Shown: positions 1-7,978 of the stretch, piece by piece | Numbering within the stretch: the first letter of the stretch is position 1 | Layout of the letters: each line of letters opens with the position of its first letter | Assembly: GCA_035285125.1 (NCBI GenBank) | Contig: JAYKHR010000131.1 | Coordinates: forward strand, 1-30,694 | DNA length: 30,694 bases | DNA from: Candidatus Sericytochromatia bacterium | GTDB lineage: Bacteria > Cyanobacteriota > Sericytochromatia > S15B-MN24 > JAQBPE01 | Direction: 5' to 3' | Notes under the pieces: generated by a model | Databases searched by the model: none | Told to the model about the DNA's origin: nothing | The model's input: only the letters and a program-made list of their open reading frames with translations | Position numbers and translations under genes: made by a program

Positions 1-7
1 GTGTTGT

Positions 8-69
8 ATACCAGATATGTATACTGTATGGCGGGGGTGGTTGACTGCCTGACGTTAAATTTAGACTAA
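8..69 (-). promoter_or_regulatory. Partial phased promoter for a gene off the left edge (TTAG-N7-TTAAC plus TGGTAT hexamer)
   Basis: Minus strand reads TTAGTCTAAATTTAACG (69-53). TGGTAT at 13-8 lies 45 bp from the TTAAC box, the same offset as at sites 1435-1496, 5643-5693 and 25835-25896. The GRAAC boxes are absent. Confidence 0.45.
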
Positions 70-251
70 CTCGTCCGCTTGGGTCGTGAGGAGCTTTCAG
101 GGAGGCCTTTGAGCCCTGGTGGCTGAACGTCTCACGCCTGGACCCACTGGCGCTTCACGGGCTTGAGGCGACCCAGAAGACCTTGGCCTGGCTCCCCTTG
201 CTGGCGGTCACGTCGGGGGCTCAAGCTTGGGCGGGCCGAACCGGCCCCCCC

Positions 252-305
252 AAAAAAAAACCACCAACCCCCGGTCCTGCACGGGGCAGGTCCGGGGGTC
301 GGCGG
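252..305 (-). terminator. Rho-independent terminator of the 349..1383 gene
   Basis: Stem of about 20 bp (261-280 pairs with 286-305). Two of its three imperfect positions become G-U pairs only on the minus-strand RNA. It is followed by U9 (A9 at 252-260 on +). Confidence 0.85.
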
Positions 306-348
306 TGTGTGTTGGAGAGAGAGAGCAGGAAGGGGGGTGGAAAAGGTG

Positions 349-1383
349 TCAGGCCGGCACGTAGATGCCGAGCACGAGGTTGTTCCCGGGCGGGAAGTTG
401 CCGGGGCCGCCGTAGCCCATCTCACCGCCGTTGGCGAACCAGCCGCGGCCGGTGGCGATGGCGATGTCGCCGGCGGTGGGGTGGGCGGTGCCGGGGGTGC
501 CGGCGCGGACCACCACGATGGCGCCCGGGGGCGCCTTGTAGGGGTTGTCGAGGTTGAGCTTGCGCAGCCCGAGCTTGCCCAGGTTGGCGTTGGCGTATTC
601 GGCGAACTGGCGCGCCTCGCTGCCGTGCGACCAGGGCACCTCGGTGCCGGGCATGTTGCCGTAGCCCGAGCGCTCGATGTAGCTGTAGACGTGCATGTAG
701 CACATCCCGTCCGGGCGCTTGCCGATCGAGCGGGCGATCGAGAGGTCGAGCATGTTGCGCATCTGCTGGTCGGCGCTGGAGCCGGGGGCGGGCGCCTGGT
801 TGGGCTTGGTGACGGGGTCCTTGGGCACGGGCCGCAGCACCTGGCTCGCGACGCCACCCTCGAGCGCCGCCCGGGCGGCCTCCTGCTTGGCCTCGGGCAC
901 CTGGGCCAGGAAGGTCTGGCGCTGGAACTGGCCCATGGCGGCCCACTGGTCCCGGTTCACGAGCGACTGGCTGTCTGACCAGGCCAGCCGGCCGTCGGGC
1001 CTGGCGTGGACGAACGAGCCGTTCACGGGCCGGTGGCCGAAGTTGCGCATCACGTTCTTGTTGCCGCCCGTCTGCCACGTCGAGCGCGTGTCGATGGCGC
1101 CGGGCTCGGCAGGTCCCCGGAGGGCCGCCTCGAGGGCGGTGCGGGTGCGGGTGCCCACGAGGCCGTCGACCTCGAGGCCCCGGTTGGCCTGGAAGGCCCG
1201 CACGGCCTCCAGCGTCTGGCCCTGGAACACGCCGTCGATGGGGCCGGGGTTGTAGCCAGCCCGGGCCAGGGCTTCTTGCAGCTCGCGCACGGCGGGCCCG
1301 CGGGAGCCGTAGCCGAGCAGGGCCAGCGGCAGGCCGCCGCCCGTGGGCTCCGAGGGACGAAAGGTGGGCTGGATCATCGTCAC
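349..1383 (-). CDS. Peptidoglycan-binding domain protein with C-terminal CHAP/NlpC-P60-like domain (putative cell-wall hydrolase), 344 aa
   Basis: PG_binding_1 motif LGYGSRGPAVRELQEALARAGYNPGPIDGVFQGQTLEAVRAFQANRGLEVDGLVGTRT. C-terminal GMCYMHV...APPGAIVVV...GDIAIA. GTG start at 1383 follows an AGGAAGGAG RBS, so the ORF-track start at 1506 is too long. Confidence 0.85.
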   Translation of the reverse strand: MTMIQPTFRPSEPTGGGLPLALLGYGSRGPAVRELQEALARAGYNPGPIDGVFQGQTLEAVRAFQANRGLEVDGLVGTRTRTALEAALRGPAEPGAIDTRSTWQTGGNKNVMRNFGHRPVNGSFVHARPDGRLAWSDSQSLVNRDQWAAMGQFQRQTFLAQVPEAKQEAARAALEGGVASQVLRPVPKDPVTKPNQAPAPGSSADQQMRNMLDLSIARSIGKRPDGMCYMHVYSYIERSGYGNMPGTEVPWSHGSEARQFAEYANANLGKLGLRKLNLDNPYKAPPGAIVVVRAGTPGTAHPTAGDIAIATGRGWFANGGEMGYGGPGNFPPGNNLVLGIYVPA

Positions 1384-1434
1384 GGCTGGCTCCTTCCTGC
1401 AAGGTTCCGGCTGCGGTGGCTGGACAAGGGAGTC

Positions 1435-1496
1435 ATCCCCTGGGGACATTCCACGCCGGTTCCAGATCTTGCCAGCAATAGTTAACAATCTGCTAA
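1435..1496 (-). promoter_or_regulatory. Phased direct-repeat promoter element
   Basis: Minus strand: TTAGCA-N5-TTAACT-N16-GGAACC-N5-GGAATG-N6-GGGGAT. Confidence 0.65.
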
Positions 1497-1526
1497 GATG
1501 GCTCAAAATTCTGATGTTAATTGGGT

Positions 1527-1575
1527 GTTTCCAGGCCCAGGCGGGGCCGCGAAGGTCCCGCCTGGGCCTGGAAAC
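1527..1575. terminator. 22-bp inverted repeat downstream of the regulator stop (terminator/REP-like hairpin)
   Basis: GTTTCCAGGCCCAGGCGGGGCC-GCGAA-GGTCCCGCCTGGGCCTGGAAAC, 10 bp past the stop at 1586. There is no clear U tract. Confidence 0.6.
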
Positions 1576-1585
1576 CCGCCCTGGA

Positions 1586-4500
1586 TCAGGCCTTGACCAG
1601 CTCCTGGTAGAGCGCCTCGAACTCGTCCGAGGGCGTGCCGCCGAAGGCGGCCTTGAGGGCCTTGCGGCAGTCCCAGTAGACCTGGCGCACGCGGTCCGGG
1701 CGGTCTAGGGCGGCGTGGTGCCGCATCAGGGCCTGGCAGGCCTCCTCCTCCCAGGGCATCAGCGCGACCAGCCGGTTGAGCGTCTGCTCAGCGGCCGTCG
1801 GGTCGGCCTTCTGCCAGGTGGCGAGCCGCAAGAAGCCCTGCAGGGCCTTGAAGCGCAGGGCCTCGCGCTCGGCCAGGAACCGGTCGGTGAAGGGCGCGCA
1901 GTCGAGCAGGTTGCCCTTGTAGAGGGCGAGCGCCGCGGCCAGCCGCCCGGCGGCGGCGGGGGTGTCCTCGGACCAGAGCCGCTCGGCCGTGGCGAGCCCG
2001 TTCTCGAAGCTGCGCACGTCCACGCTCGCCAGCGCGTCCGGCGTCAGCACGTAGCGCTCGTCCGCGAGGCGCACGAAGCGGGAGTCCCGCCCCTGCTCCA
2101 CCTCGGGCTCGAGCACGCGGCGCAGGGTCGAGACGGCGACCTTGAAGCGCGTCAGGTTGGCGGCCTCGCCGCCCCCCACGTGCTCCGCGAGCTCCACGAG
2201 CATCAGGCCGCGCGGGTAGAGCGCCAGCGCGGCGAGGATCAGCTTGGCGCTCTGGCGCGGCCAGCGGTCGAGGGGCTCGCCGTCGACGCGGCAGTCGAAG
2301 CCGCCGAGCAGGCGCAGCGTGAGACCCTGCGTGGATTCCGCCTCTGCGCTGGTGGAGACGGCGCTCGCGGCGGCCTGCGCGCTGGAGGCGGTGCCGGCCA
2401 CTGTGCCCCCGGCCACGCCGAGGCTGCCGAGCTCGTGCCACAGCTCGGCGTCGAGCGTGCGCAGGAAGCCCAGCTGGTGTTTCGTGATCAGGGCCTCGGC
2501 CTTCTCCAGCGCCTGGCGCGCCGCCCCGCGCTCGCCGAGGCGGGCCTGCGCCGCGGCCTCGATCGCGTGGGCGTGGGCCAGGTGGCGGTGGGCCTGCTGG
2601 GCCGTCAGCCCGGCCACGGCCTCGCCCGCGAGCGCGTGGGCCCCCGCCGCGTCGTCGAGCTGCAGCGCGGCGCGGGCGCGCGGCAGCAGCAGCACCAGGT
2701 CGTAGTAGGTCTTGCCGGGGGGCACGGCGGCCTCCGCGATCAGGGGCTGCGCGCGTTGCGGCGTGCGGCGCCGCACGGCCGCCCAGAGCTGCAGCTCCAG
2801 CGGGATCTTCTTGCCCTCCTGCAGCCCGATCCGGTCGAAGAGGTTCATGGAGGCTCGCAGGCGCTCGTCGACCTCCTTCCACTGCCCGCGCAGCATGGCG
2901 ACGTGGCCCACCACGGCGTGGGCGCAGGCGAGGTCGTGCCAGTCGAGCACCTCGCGCCAGCCGCCAGGCATGGCCTTCAAGGCGGCCTCGGCCTCGTCCA
3001 CCTTGCCCTCCGTGCACCAGAGGTGGATGCGCTGCAGCCGCGCGGCGAGCAGGTAGGGATAGAAGCTGCGCTCGTCGGCGATGGCGATCGCCCGGTCGAG
3101 GTGCCCGGCGGCGTCCTTGTAGGCGCCCCGGTGCATCGCGTAGGTGTACAGGTTCAGGTGCGCGATGTAGCGAGAGGCCGCCAGCTCCAGCCCCCCGTCG
3201 TCCCGCTGCGCGAGCACCTGCTCGTTGAACTGCCGGAAGCCCTCCAGGTCCCCCTTTTGTTCCGCCGCATGGCCCCTGATCAGGGCCAGGTCGGCCACGT
3301 CCTCGGGCTCGCCGTCCGGCGCCAGCGCCTGCGTGGCGAGCAGGTAGCCAGCGTAGTCGCGCGCCTCCTGGCGGGCCAGCGCGATGTTGGCCTGCCGCAC
3401 GCGCACCTTGAACTGCCCGGCCCGGTCCTCGCGCGCCACGAAGGCCGCCAGCGCCCGGTCGAAGGCGGCGAGCCCCTCGGGCAGCCGGCCGTCGCGCGCC
3501 AGGGCGGAGCCGTGCCAGACCAGCAGCGCGGGGTCCTGCTCGAAGGCCACGTCGGGGAAGGCGTCCAGCCAGCGCCCGATCTGGGCCAGGCGGCCGTCGT
3601 GGCGCATGCGCGGGAAGGCCTCGCGACAGGCGGCCCCCGCCATGCGCCAGTCGCCGCAGGCGATCAGGTGGGGGATGGCAAGCTCGGGCCTGTCCGCCGT
3701 GCGGTAGTGCTCGGCGGCCCAGCGGTGCCACCCGCGCCGCTCCTCGGCGGACACCACGCGCTCCGCCTCGGCGCGCAGGAAGGCGCGCAGGTGGGCGGGG
3801 AAGACGTAGGCCTCGCCCCGGCGCGTCACGAGGTGATCGGCCTCCAGGGCCGTGAGCACCTCCGAGGCGTCGGCCAGCTGCAGCACCTCGCGGCAGGCCT
3901 CGGGCGTCGGCTCCTCCAGCGTGGCGGCCCGCAGCATGAAGGCCCGGCGGCTCGTGGGCTGGCCCTGGTAGAGCTCCTCCGCCACGTAGGCCTCGATCTC
4001 GGGGTCGCTCGCCCCGGCCTCGCGCGGCGCGATGGCCCGCCCGGGGTCGGCCGTCAGGAGCGCCAGCCCGAGGGGCCAGCCCTCGAGCGCGTGGGCCCGC
4101 TCGCGGAAGGCCGGGTCGTCCGCGAGGCCCGGCACGCGGGCGCGCACGTAGCCGTCGACCTCGGCGGGGCCGAAGCGCAGCCGTGCCTCGTCGATGATCC
4201 GCACGGTGCCGGCCGCGGCGAGGCGGCCAAGCGCCCCCGGGTAGCGCTTGCGCGTGGTCAGCAGCAGCCGCACGCCGCGGGGAAGCTTGTCGAAGAAGTA
4301 GGTCAGCCCCGTGATCAGGTCCGGGGCGCGGTCGATCAGCCAGTGCACGTCGTCGATCGCGATCATGAGGGCCGGCGGGTCGTAGGCCCCGAGGGCCTGG
4401 AAGAACTGGCCCCAGATCGCGCGGGCCGGGGCGCCCTGGGCGGCCATGGCCTTGACCTCGTCGCCGAAGGGCGGCACGTGCGCCTTCACGGCCGCCACGA

Positions 4501-4741
4501 CGTATGCGAAGAAGGTGACCGGGTCCGTGTCCTCGGCCTCGAGGGAGCACCAGGCCAGGGGCCCGCCGATGGCCGTCGCGAGCCCCTGCATCGCCAGCGT
4601 CTTGCCGCCGCCGGGGCCCGCCTGCAGGATCGTGACGGCAGGCTCGCGGGCCCGCAGCACGAGCTCGTCGCGCACCATCGCGTCGCGCGGCGGCGTCGGC
4701 GCAGCGAGCTTGCTGGGGATGAGCCATGCGTTGGAGGTCAC
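1586..4741 (-). CDS. MalT-like STAND NTPase / TPR / SARP-type (OmpR-like HTH + BTAD) transcriptional activator, 1051 aa
   Basis: N-terminal LIPSKLAAP, Walker A AGPGGGKT, Walker B IAIDDVHWL, MalT-like EGWPLGLAL and YVAEELY, helical TPR-like middle. C-terminal LRLLGGFDCRVDG...VDVRSFE...ALALYKGNLL...PWEEEACQALM...GGTPS matches SARP/BTAD. Confidence 0.9.
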   Translation of the reverse strand: MTSNAWLIPSKLAAPTPPRDAMVRDELVLRAREPAVTILQAGPGGGKTLAMQGLATAIGGPLAWCSLEAEDTDPVTFFAYVVAAVKAHVPPFGDEVKAMAAQGAPARAIWGQFFQALGAYDPPALMIAIDDVHWLIDRAPDLITGLTYFFDKLPRGVRLLLTTRKRYPGALGRLAAAGTVRIIDEARLRFGPAEVDGYVRARVPGLADDPAFRERAHALEGWPLGLALLTADPGRAIAPREAGASDPEIEAYVAEELYQGQPTSRRAFMLRAATLEEPTPEACREVLQLADASEVLTALEADHLVTRRGEAYVFPAHLRAFLRAEAERVVSAEERRGWHRWAAEHYRTADRPELAIPHLIACGDWRMAGAACREAFPRMRHDGRLAQIGRWLDAFPDVAFEQDPALLVWHGSALARDGRLPEGLAAFDRALAAFVAREDRAGQFKVRVRQANIALARQEARDYAGYLLATQALAPDGEPEDVADLALIRGHAAEQKGDLEGFRQFNEQVLAQRDDGGLELAASRYIAHLNLYTYAMHRGAYKDAAGHLDRAIAIADERSFYPYLLAARLQRIHLWCTEGKVDEAEAALKAMPGGWREVLDWHDLACAHAVVGHVAMLRGQWKEVDERLRASMNLFDRIGLQEGKKIPLELQLWAAVRRRTPQRAQPLIAEAAVPPGKTYYDLVLLLPRARAALQLDDAAGAHALAGEAVAGLTAQQAHRHLAHAHAIEAAAQARLGERGAARQALEKAEALITKHQLGFLRTLDAELWHELGSLGVAGGTVAGTASSAQAAASAVSTSAEAESTQGLTLRLLGGFDCRVDGEPLDRWPRQSAKLILAALALYPRGLMLVELAEHVGGGEAANLTRFKVAVSTLRRVLEPEVEQGRDSRFVRLADERYVLTPDALASVDVRSFENGLATAERLWSEDTPAAAGRLAAALALYKGNLLDCAPFTDRFLAEREALRFKALQGFLRLATWQKADPTAAEQTLNRLVALMPWEEEACQALMRHHAALDRPDRVRQVYWDCRKALKAAFGGTPSDEFEALYQELVKA

Positions 4742-4747
4742 GCCCGC

Positions 4748-4756
4748 GTTATACCC
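4748..4756 (-). promoter_or_regulatory. -10-like element GGGTATAAC, probable leaderless promoter of the regulator
   Basis: TATAAC ends 6 nt before the GTG start, with no Shine-Dalgarno in between. Confidence 0.5.
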
Positions 4757-4844
4757 GACGGTGGGGCATCCTCGCCGGACGCGCCAGGCACCTTTTCGGC
4801 ACCTGGCGCGTCCGCTGCACGCACGGGTTGGTGGGGGTTCGGCT

Positions 4845-5591
4845 TCAGCGCGCGCTGGTGGCGGGCGCGTAGGGGTCGGCGATCCAGTCGATCTGGTGGC
4901 GGGGGTACTGCTTCGCGAGGGCGTCGAGCGTCCAGGCGTCGCTCGTGGGGTCGGCGAAGCGCGGCCCGTGCTGGCGATCAGGGCCCATGTAGGTGACCCA
5001 GATGGGTGTCGCGTCAGCGCCGCCGTCGGCGTCGCGGGAGCCCCGCGCCAGGCTCGCCACGATCACCATCCCCGGCCGCAGCAGGCCGCGCCGGATCGCC
5101 TCGCCGAGCTTGGCGAGCGACGTGCCAGCCGCGCGCCGGTCCTTCTGCGTCTGGGCCGGGTCGATGCCGCCGGCGAGCTCGGCGAGCGTCGCCGCCGTGG
5201 CGTGCGAGCCCCCCAGCGACCGCCGGGCCATGCGGGCTGCATGGCGCAGCCGCAGGCGGAAGGCGCGGTCCCGTGCCTCGGGGGAGAGGCCCTCGCCGAC
5301 CCAGGCCCGGGCGCGGGCCCGCATCGTGATGGCGGCCTCGATGCTCGCCCGGCGGGCTGCGGGCACCAGCTTCAGCGCCTCCTGCCGCTGGTGGCGGTTC
5401 AGGGCGTTCCACTCCTCCCAGGTCACGGGCGTGCCGGTGCCCGTCCGGACCAGGGTGCCGGACTGCTGGTCGAAGTAGAACGGCACGTTGGGGAGCGTCG
5501 CCGGGGGGCCGAGGCGCAGCCGCTCCACGGGGCGGCGGCGCGGGGCCTCGGCGGTGGTCAGGGCGGCCTCGTTCAGGCGGGCGGTCGGCAT
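4845..5591 (-). CDS. Hypothetical protein, 248 aa (possible degenerate papain/NlpC-P60-like C-terminal fold)
   Basis: ATG at 5591 follows a GAGGAG RBS and codon usage fits the genome. LRPGMVIVAS...WVTYMG...RFAD resembles the beta-sheet half of NlpC/P60-like folds (weak inference). Confidence 0.7.
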   Translation of the reverse strand: MPTARLNEAALTTAEAPRRRPVERLRLGPPATLPNVPFYFDQQSGTLVRTGTGTPVTWEEWNALNRHQRQEALKLVPAARRASIEAAITMRARARAWVGEGLSPEARDRAFRLRLRHAARMARRSLGGSHATAATLAELAGGIDPAQTQKDRRAAGTSLAKLGEAIRRGLLRPGMVIVASLARGSRDADGGADATPIWVTYMGPDRQHGPRFADPTSDAWTLDALAKQYPRHQIDWIADPYAPATSAR

Positions 5592-5642
5592 CGGCTCTCT
5601 CCTCGGGGTCACGCGTCCGGCTGGCGGGGCGCTGAGAGGGAT

Positions 5643-5693
5643 GTCCCACGGTGGGGTTCCGCCACGGTTCCAGGTTGGGAGAGAAACGGTTAA
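5643..5693 (-). promoter_or_regulatory. Phased direct-repeat promoter element
   Basis: Minus strand: TTAACC-N16-GGAACC-N5-GGAACC-N6-TGGGAC. Confidence 0.65.
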
Positions 5694-5741
5694 GGTTTGG
5701 TGATTATTGATCAGGCTCATTCAACATTTCTTTCCCTAATC

Positions 5742-5791
5742 TTAACCAATCCTTACTTATTTGGAACCGAGGAGGAACCCGGACGTGGCAT
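5742..5791 (+). promoter_or_regulatory. Phased direct-repeat promoter element (divergent partner of 5643-5693)
   Basis: TTAACC-N15-GGAACC-N5-GGAACC-N6-TGGCAT, in an AT-rich intergenic island. Confidence 0.65.
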
Positions 5792-5852
5792 CCTGGAGAG
5801 GCGGCGATGCCCGTCCTGCAAGCCCTTCGAGCACCTGGAGCCGAGCGCCAAC

Positions 5853-7949
5853 GTGACCCACCCTTCGGTTACAAGCCCGTGTGCCCGCCGGCAGCTCCCG
5901 CTCGCCCTCGGCGTGGCGTTGGCGCTCGCCGCGTGCGGCTCGCTGGGCGCGCCGGGGGTGATGACGCGCGGGGGGGCCGGGCCGCGAGCGGCCGAGTGGA
6001 ACAACTCGGGCCCCGGCTCCGTGCTGTTCGGGGTGTGTCCGAACTTCTCCCAGGTGGGCAACGGGCGCTTCCTGGCGGTGGTGTCGCGCGAGTTCGGGCG
6101 GCTGTCGCGCCCCGGCGCCGTGATCGCCTGGCACTGGCCGAGCTACGCCGAGAACCGGCTGCGCGTCGCGGCCGTGGGGGTGCATGACGGCCGGCGCCTG
6201 CGCTGGGCTGACGAGCTGCGCCTCGTGGGGCAGGACGTCCTGCCCGACACGGGCCGGGTGCGCTCGCGCTTCTGGGACGACCGGACGGGCGTGCGCCTCA
6301 CGCTGGAGGACGTCGCCGCCCGCGACCTCGATGCCCTGGCCCGGCGCGTGACGATCCACAACGGGGGCTCGCAGCCGCTCGCCGGCGCCCACCTGATGAC
6401 GGCCGCCAGCTATGCGCTGACGGTGTCCGGGGCGCAGGACCGCCTCAGCGTGGCGGAGGCTGCGGGGGCGCTGGTGGTTGCCAACCCCGAGGCGGGTGCT
6501 GCCGCCGCCTTTGGCGCCAGCGAGGAGGCGGACGGCTTCCAGTGCGGCCTCGTGGGGGCCGCCGTGGGGCCTGCCGTGGGTGGGTTTCGGGACGCCGCAG
6601 ACGGCAGGCTCTCCGGCCATGCCAGCGCCAGCGGGGCCCTCGGCACCGAGGGGGCGCTCTCGGTGCCCCTGCGGACGCTGGCGCCTGGCGCCTCGACCTC
6701 CGTCACGCTCTACCACACGATGGGCCGCTCGTCCGAGGCCGCCCTCGCCACGCTGGCGGCGGCCCGCGCCCGCGGCTTCGACGCCCTGGCCGGGGACGAC
6801 GCTGCCTTCTGGCAGCGCCACCTGGCGCGCGCCCCCGTGCCGCCGGATGCCCGTCAGGCGGCCGTGTTCCGCCGCGCCCTGATCGTGCTCAAGCAGCTGC
6901 AGGCAGACACCGGCGCCTTGCTGGCCGCGGCCTCCGTGATCAGCCCGGCCTACCACTTTGTCTGGATTCAGGACGTCGCCGCCGACGTGCGGGCGCTCTC
7001 GGCCTGCGGCTACCACGCCGAGGCGCGGGCCGCGATCGACTTCCTGGCCCGCGTCCAGAAGGCAGATGGCGACTGGTGGGTGACGCACCGGAGCGACGGG
7101 CGGCCCTTCAAGCTCTGGGAGCACGGCTCCGAGTGGATGGGCGGGCACTGGCTCTCGGCGCTGGGCGCCTACGTGGACGCCAGCCAGGACTGGGAGTCGG
7201 TGCGGCGCTGGTGGCCCACGATCGAGCTCGCCTGCCGCTTCATGGCCGCCCAGATCACGCCCACGGGCCTGATCGGCGTCAACATGGACCTCTGGGAGAC
7301 CTACAAGACCCAGTCCTGGAGCTACACCAACGCCTCCTTCGTCGGTGGCCTGGAGACGGGCGCCCGGCTCGCGGATCGGATCGGCCGGCCGGCCCAGGCG
7401 CGGGCCTGGCGGGAGGCCGCGGCCACCATCCGGCAGGCGCTGCGCGTGCAGGCCGTGGTGGCGCCCGAGGGCTACCTCGGCAAGGGCGTGCGCCCCGGCG
7501 CCTCGGCCCCCGACCGCATGATCGACGCCTCCATCCTGGGCGCCACCTGGCCCTTCGGCGCCTTCGCGCCGCGCGACCCCATCAGCCTCGCCACCACCCG
7601 CCGCATCACCGAGCGGCTGCTCCAGCCTGGCGGCGGCGTGCGCCGCTGGGAGACGGACGCCTGGTACGGCGGCCAGGGCTGGTGCGAGCTCACGGACTGG
7701 CTCGCCCTCGTGGCCGACCAGCAGGGCGATCGGGCGCTCGCCACGCGGCTCCATGCCGCCAACACCGACCGCGCCCACACCACAGGCTCCTTGCAGCTCG
7801 GCGAGGTCTTCGACGAGCGCACGGGCACCTTCACCAGCGCCTTCCCGCTCGGCTGGCCCGAGGCGCAGTACGTCCTCACCAGCTTGGCCCTGCGGGGCCG
7901 CATCGCCCCTGTCCTTCCTCCCCCCGTCGGCCCCACGGCCACACCCTGA
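5853..7949 (+). CDS. Glycoside hydrolase family 15 (glucoamylase/trehalase-like) lipoprotein, about 698 aa
   Basis: Lipobox ALALAAC. GH15 motifs TGALLAA, YHFVWIQD, DLWET (acid), IDASILG, GGVRRW, GEVFD...SAFPLGW (base). The GTG start at 5853 after GGAG is inferred. Confidence 0.85.
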   Translation: MTHPSVTSPCARRQLPLALGVALALAACGSLGAPGVMTRGGAGPRAAEWNNSGPGSVLFGVCPNFSQVGNGRFLAVVSREFGRLSRPGAVIAWHWPSYAENRLRVAAVGVHDGRRLRWADELRLVGQDVLPDTGRVRSRFWDDRTGVRLTLEDVAARDLDALARRVTIHNGGSQPLAGAHLMTAASYALTVSGAQDRLSVAEAAGALVVANPEAGAAAAFGASEEADGFQCGLVGAAVGPAVGGFRDAADGRLSGHASASGALGTEGALSVPLRTLAPGASTSVTLYHTMGRSSEAALATLAAARARGFDALAGDDAAFWQRHLARAPVPPDARQAAVFRRALIVLKQLQADTGALLAAASVISPAYHFVWIQDVAADVRALSACGYHAEARAAIDFLARVQKADGDWWVTHRSDGRPFKLWEHGSEWMGGHWLSALGAYVDASQDWESVRRWWPTIELACRFMAAQITPTGLIGVNMDLWETYKTQSWSYTNASFVGGLETGARLADRIGRPAQARAWREAAATIRQALRVQAVVAPEGYLGKGVRPGASAPDRMIDASILGATWPFGAFAPRDPISLATTRRITERLLQPGGGVRRWETDAWYGGQGWCELTDWLALVADQQGDRALATRLHAANTDRAHTTGSLQLGEVFDERTGTFTSAFPLGWPEAQYVLTSLALRGRIAPVLPPPVGPTATP

Positions 7950-7978
7950 GCGCACCCCCCTTGCAGGAGGTTTCCACC

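Noticed and set aside
12..30. E. coli-type LexA box (TACTGTATG)
   Set aside because: No CTG-N10-CAG palindrome; only a half site.
70..250. Possible ncRNA or small ORF in the left intergenic gap
   Set aside because: No recognisable RNA family motif or convincing RBS/ORF.
1715..4996. Long overlapping ORFs (1715..4996+, 1788..4727-, 5757..7955-, 18019..21801-, 18087..20894+, 24215..25885+ and similar)
   Set aside because: Typical stop-poor shadow frames of high-GC genes, with no motifs and R/G/P/A-rich composition. Each overlaps a gene with clear family signatures.
5807..6187. ORF with GGAGAGG RBS just after the phased promoter
   Set aside because: Overlaps the GH15 signal peptide out of frame and has shadow-like composition. 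A regulatory uORF role cannot be excluded but is unsupported.
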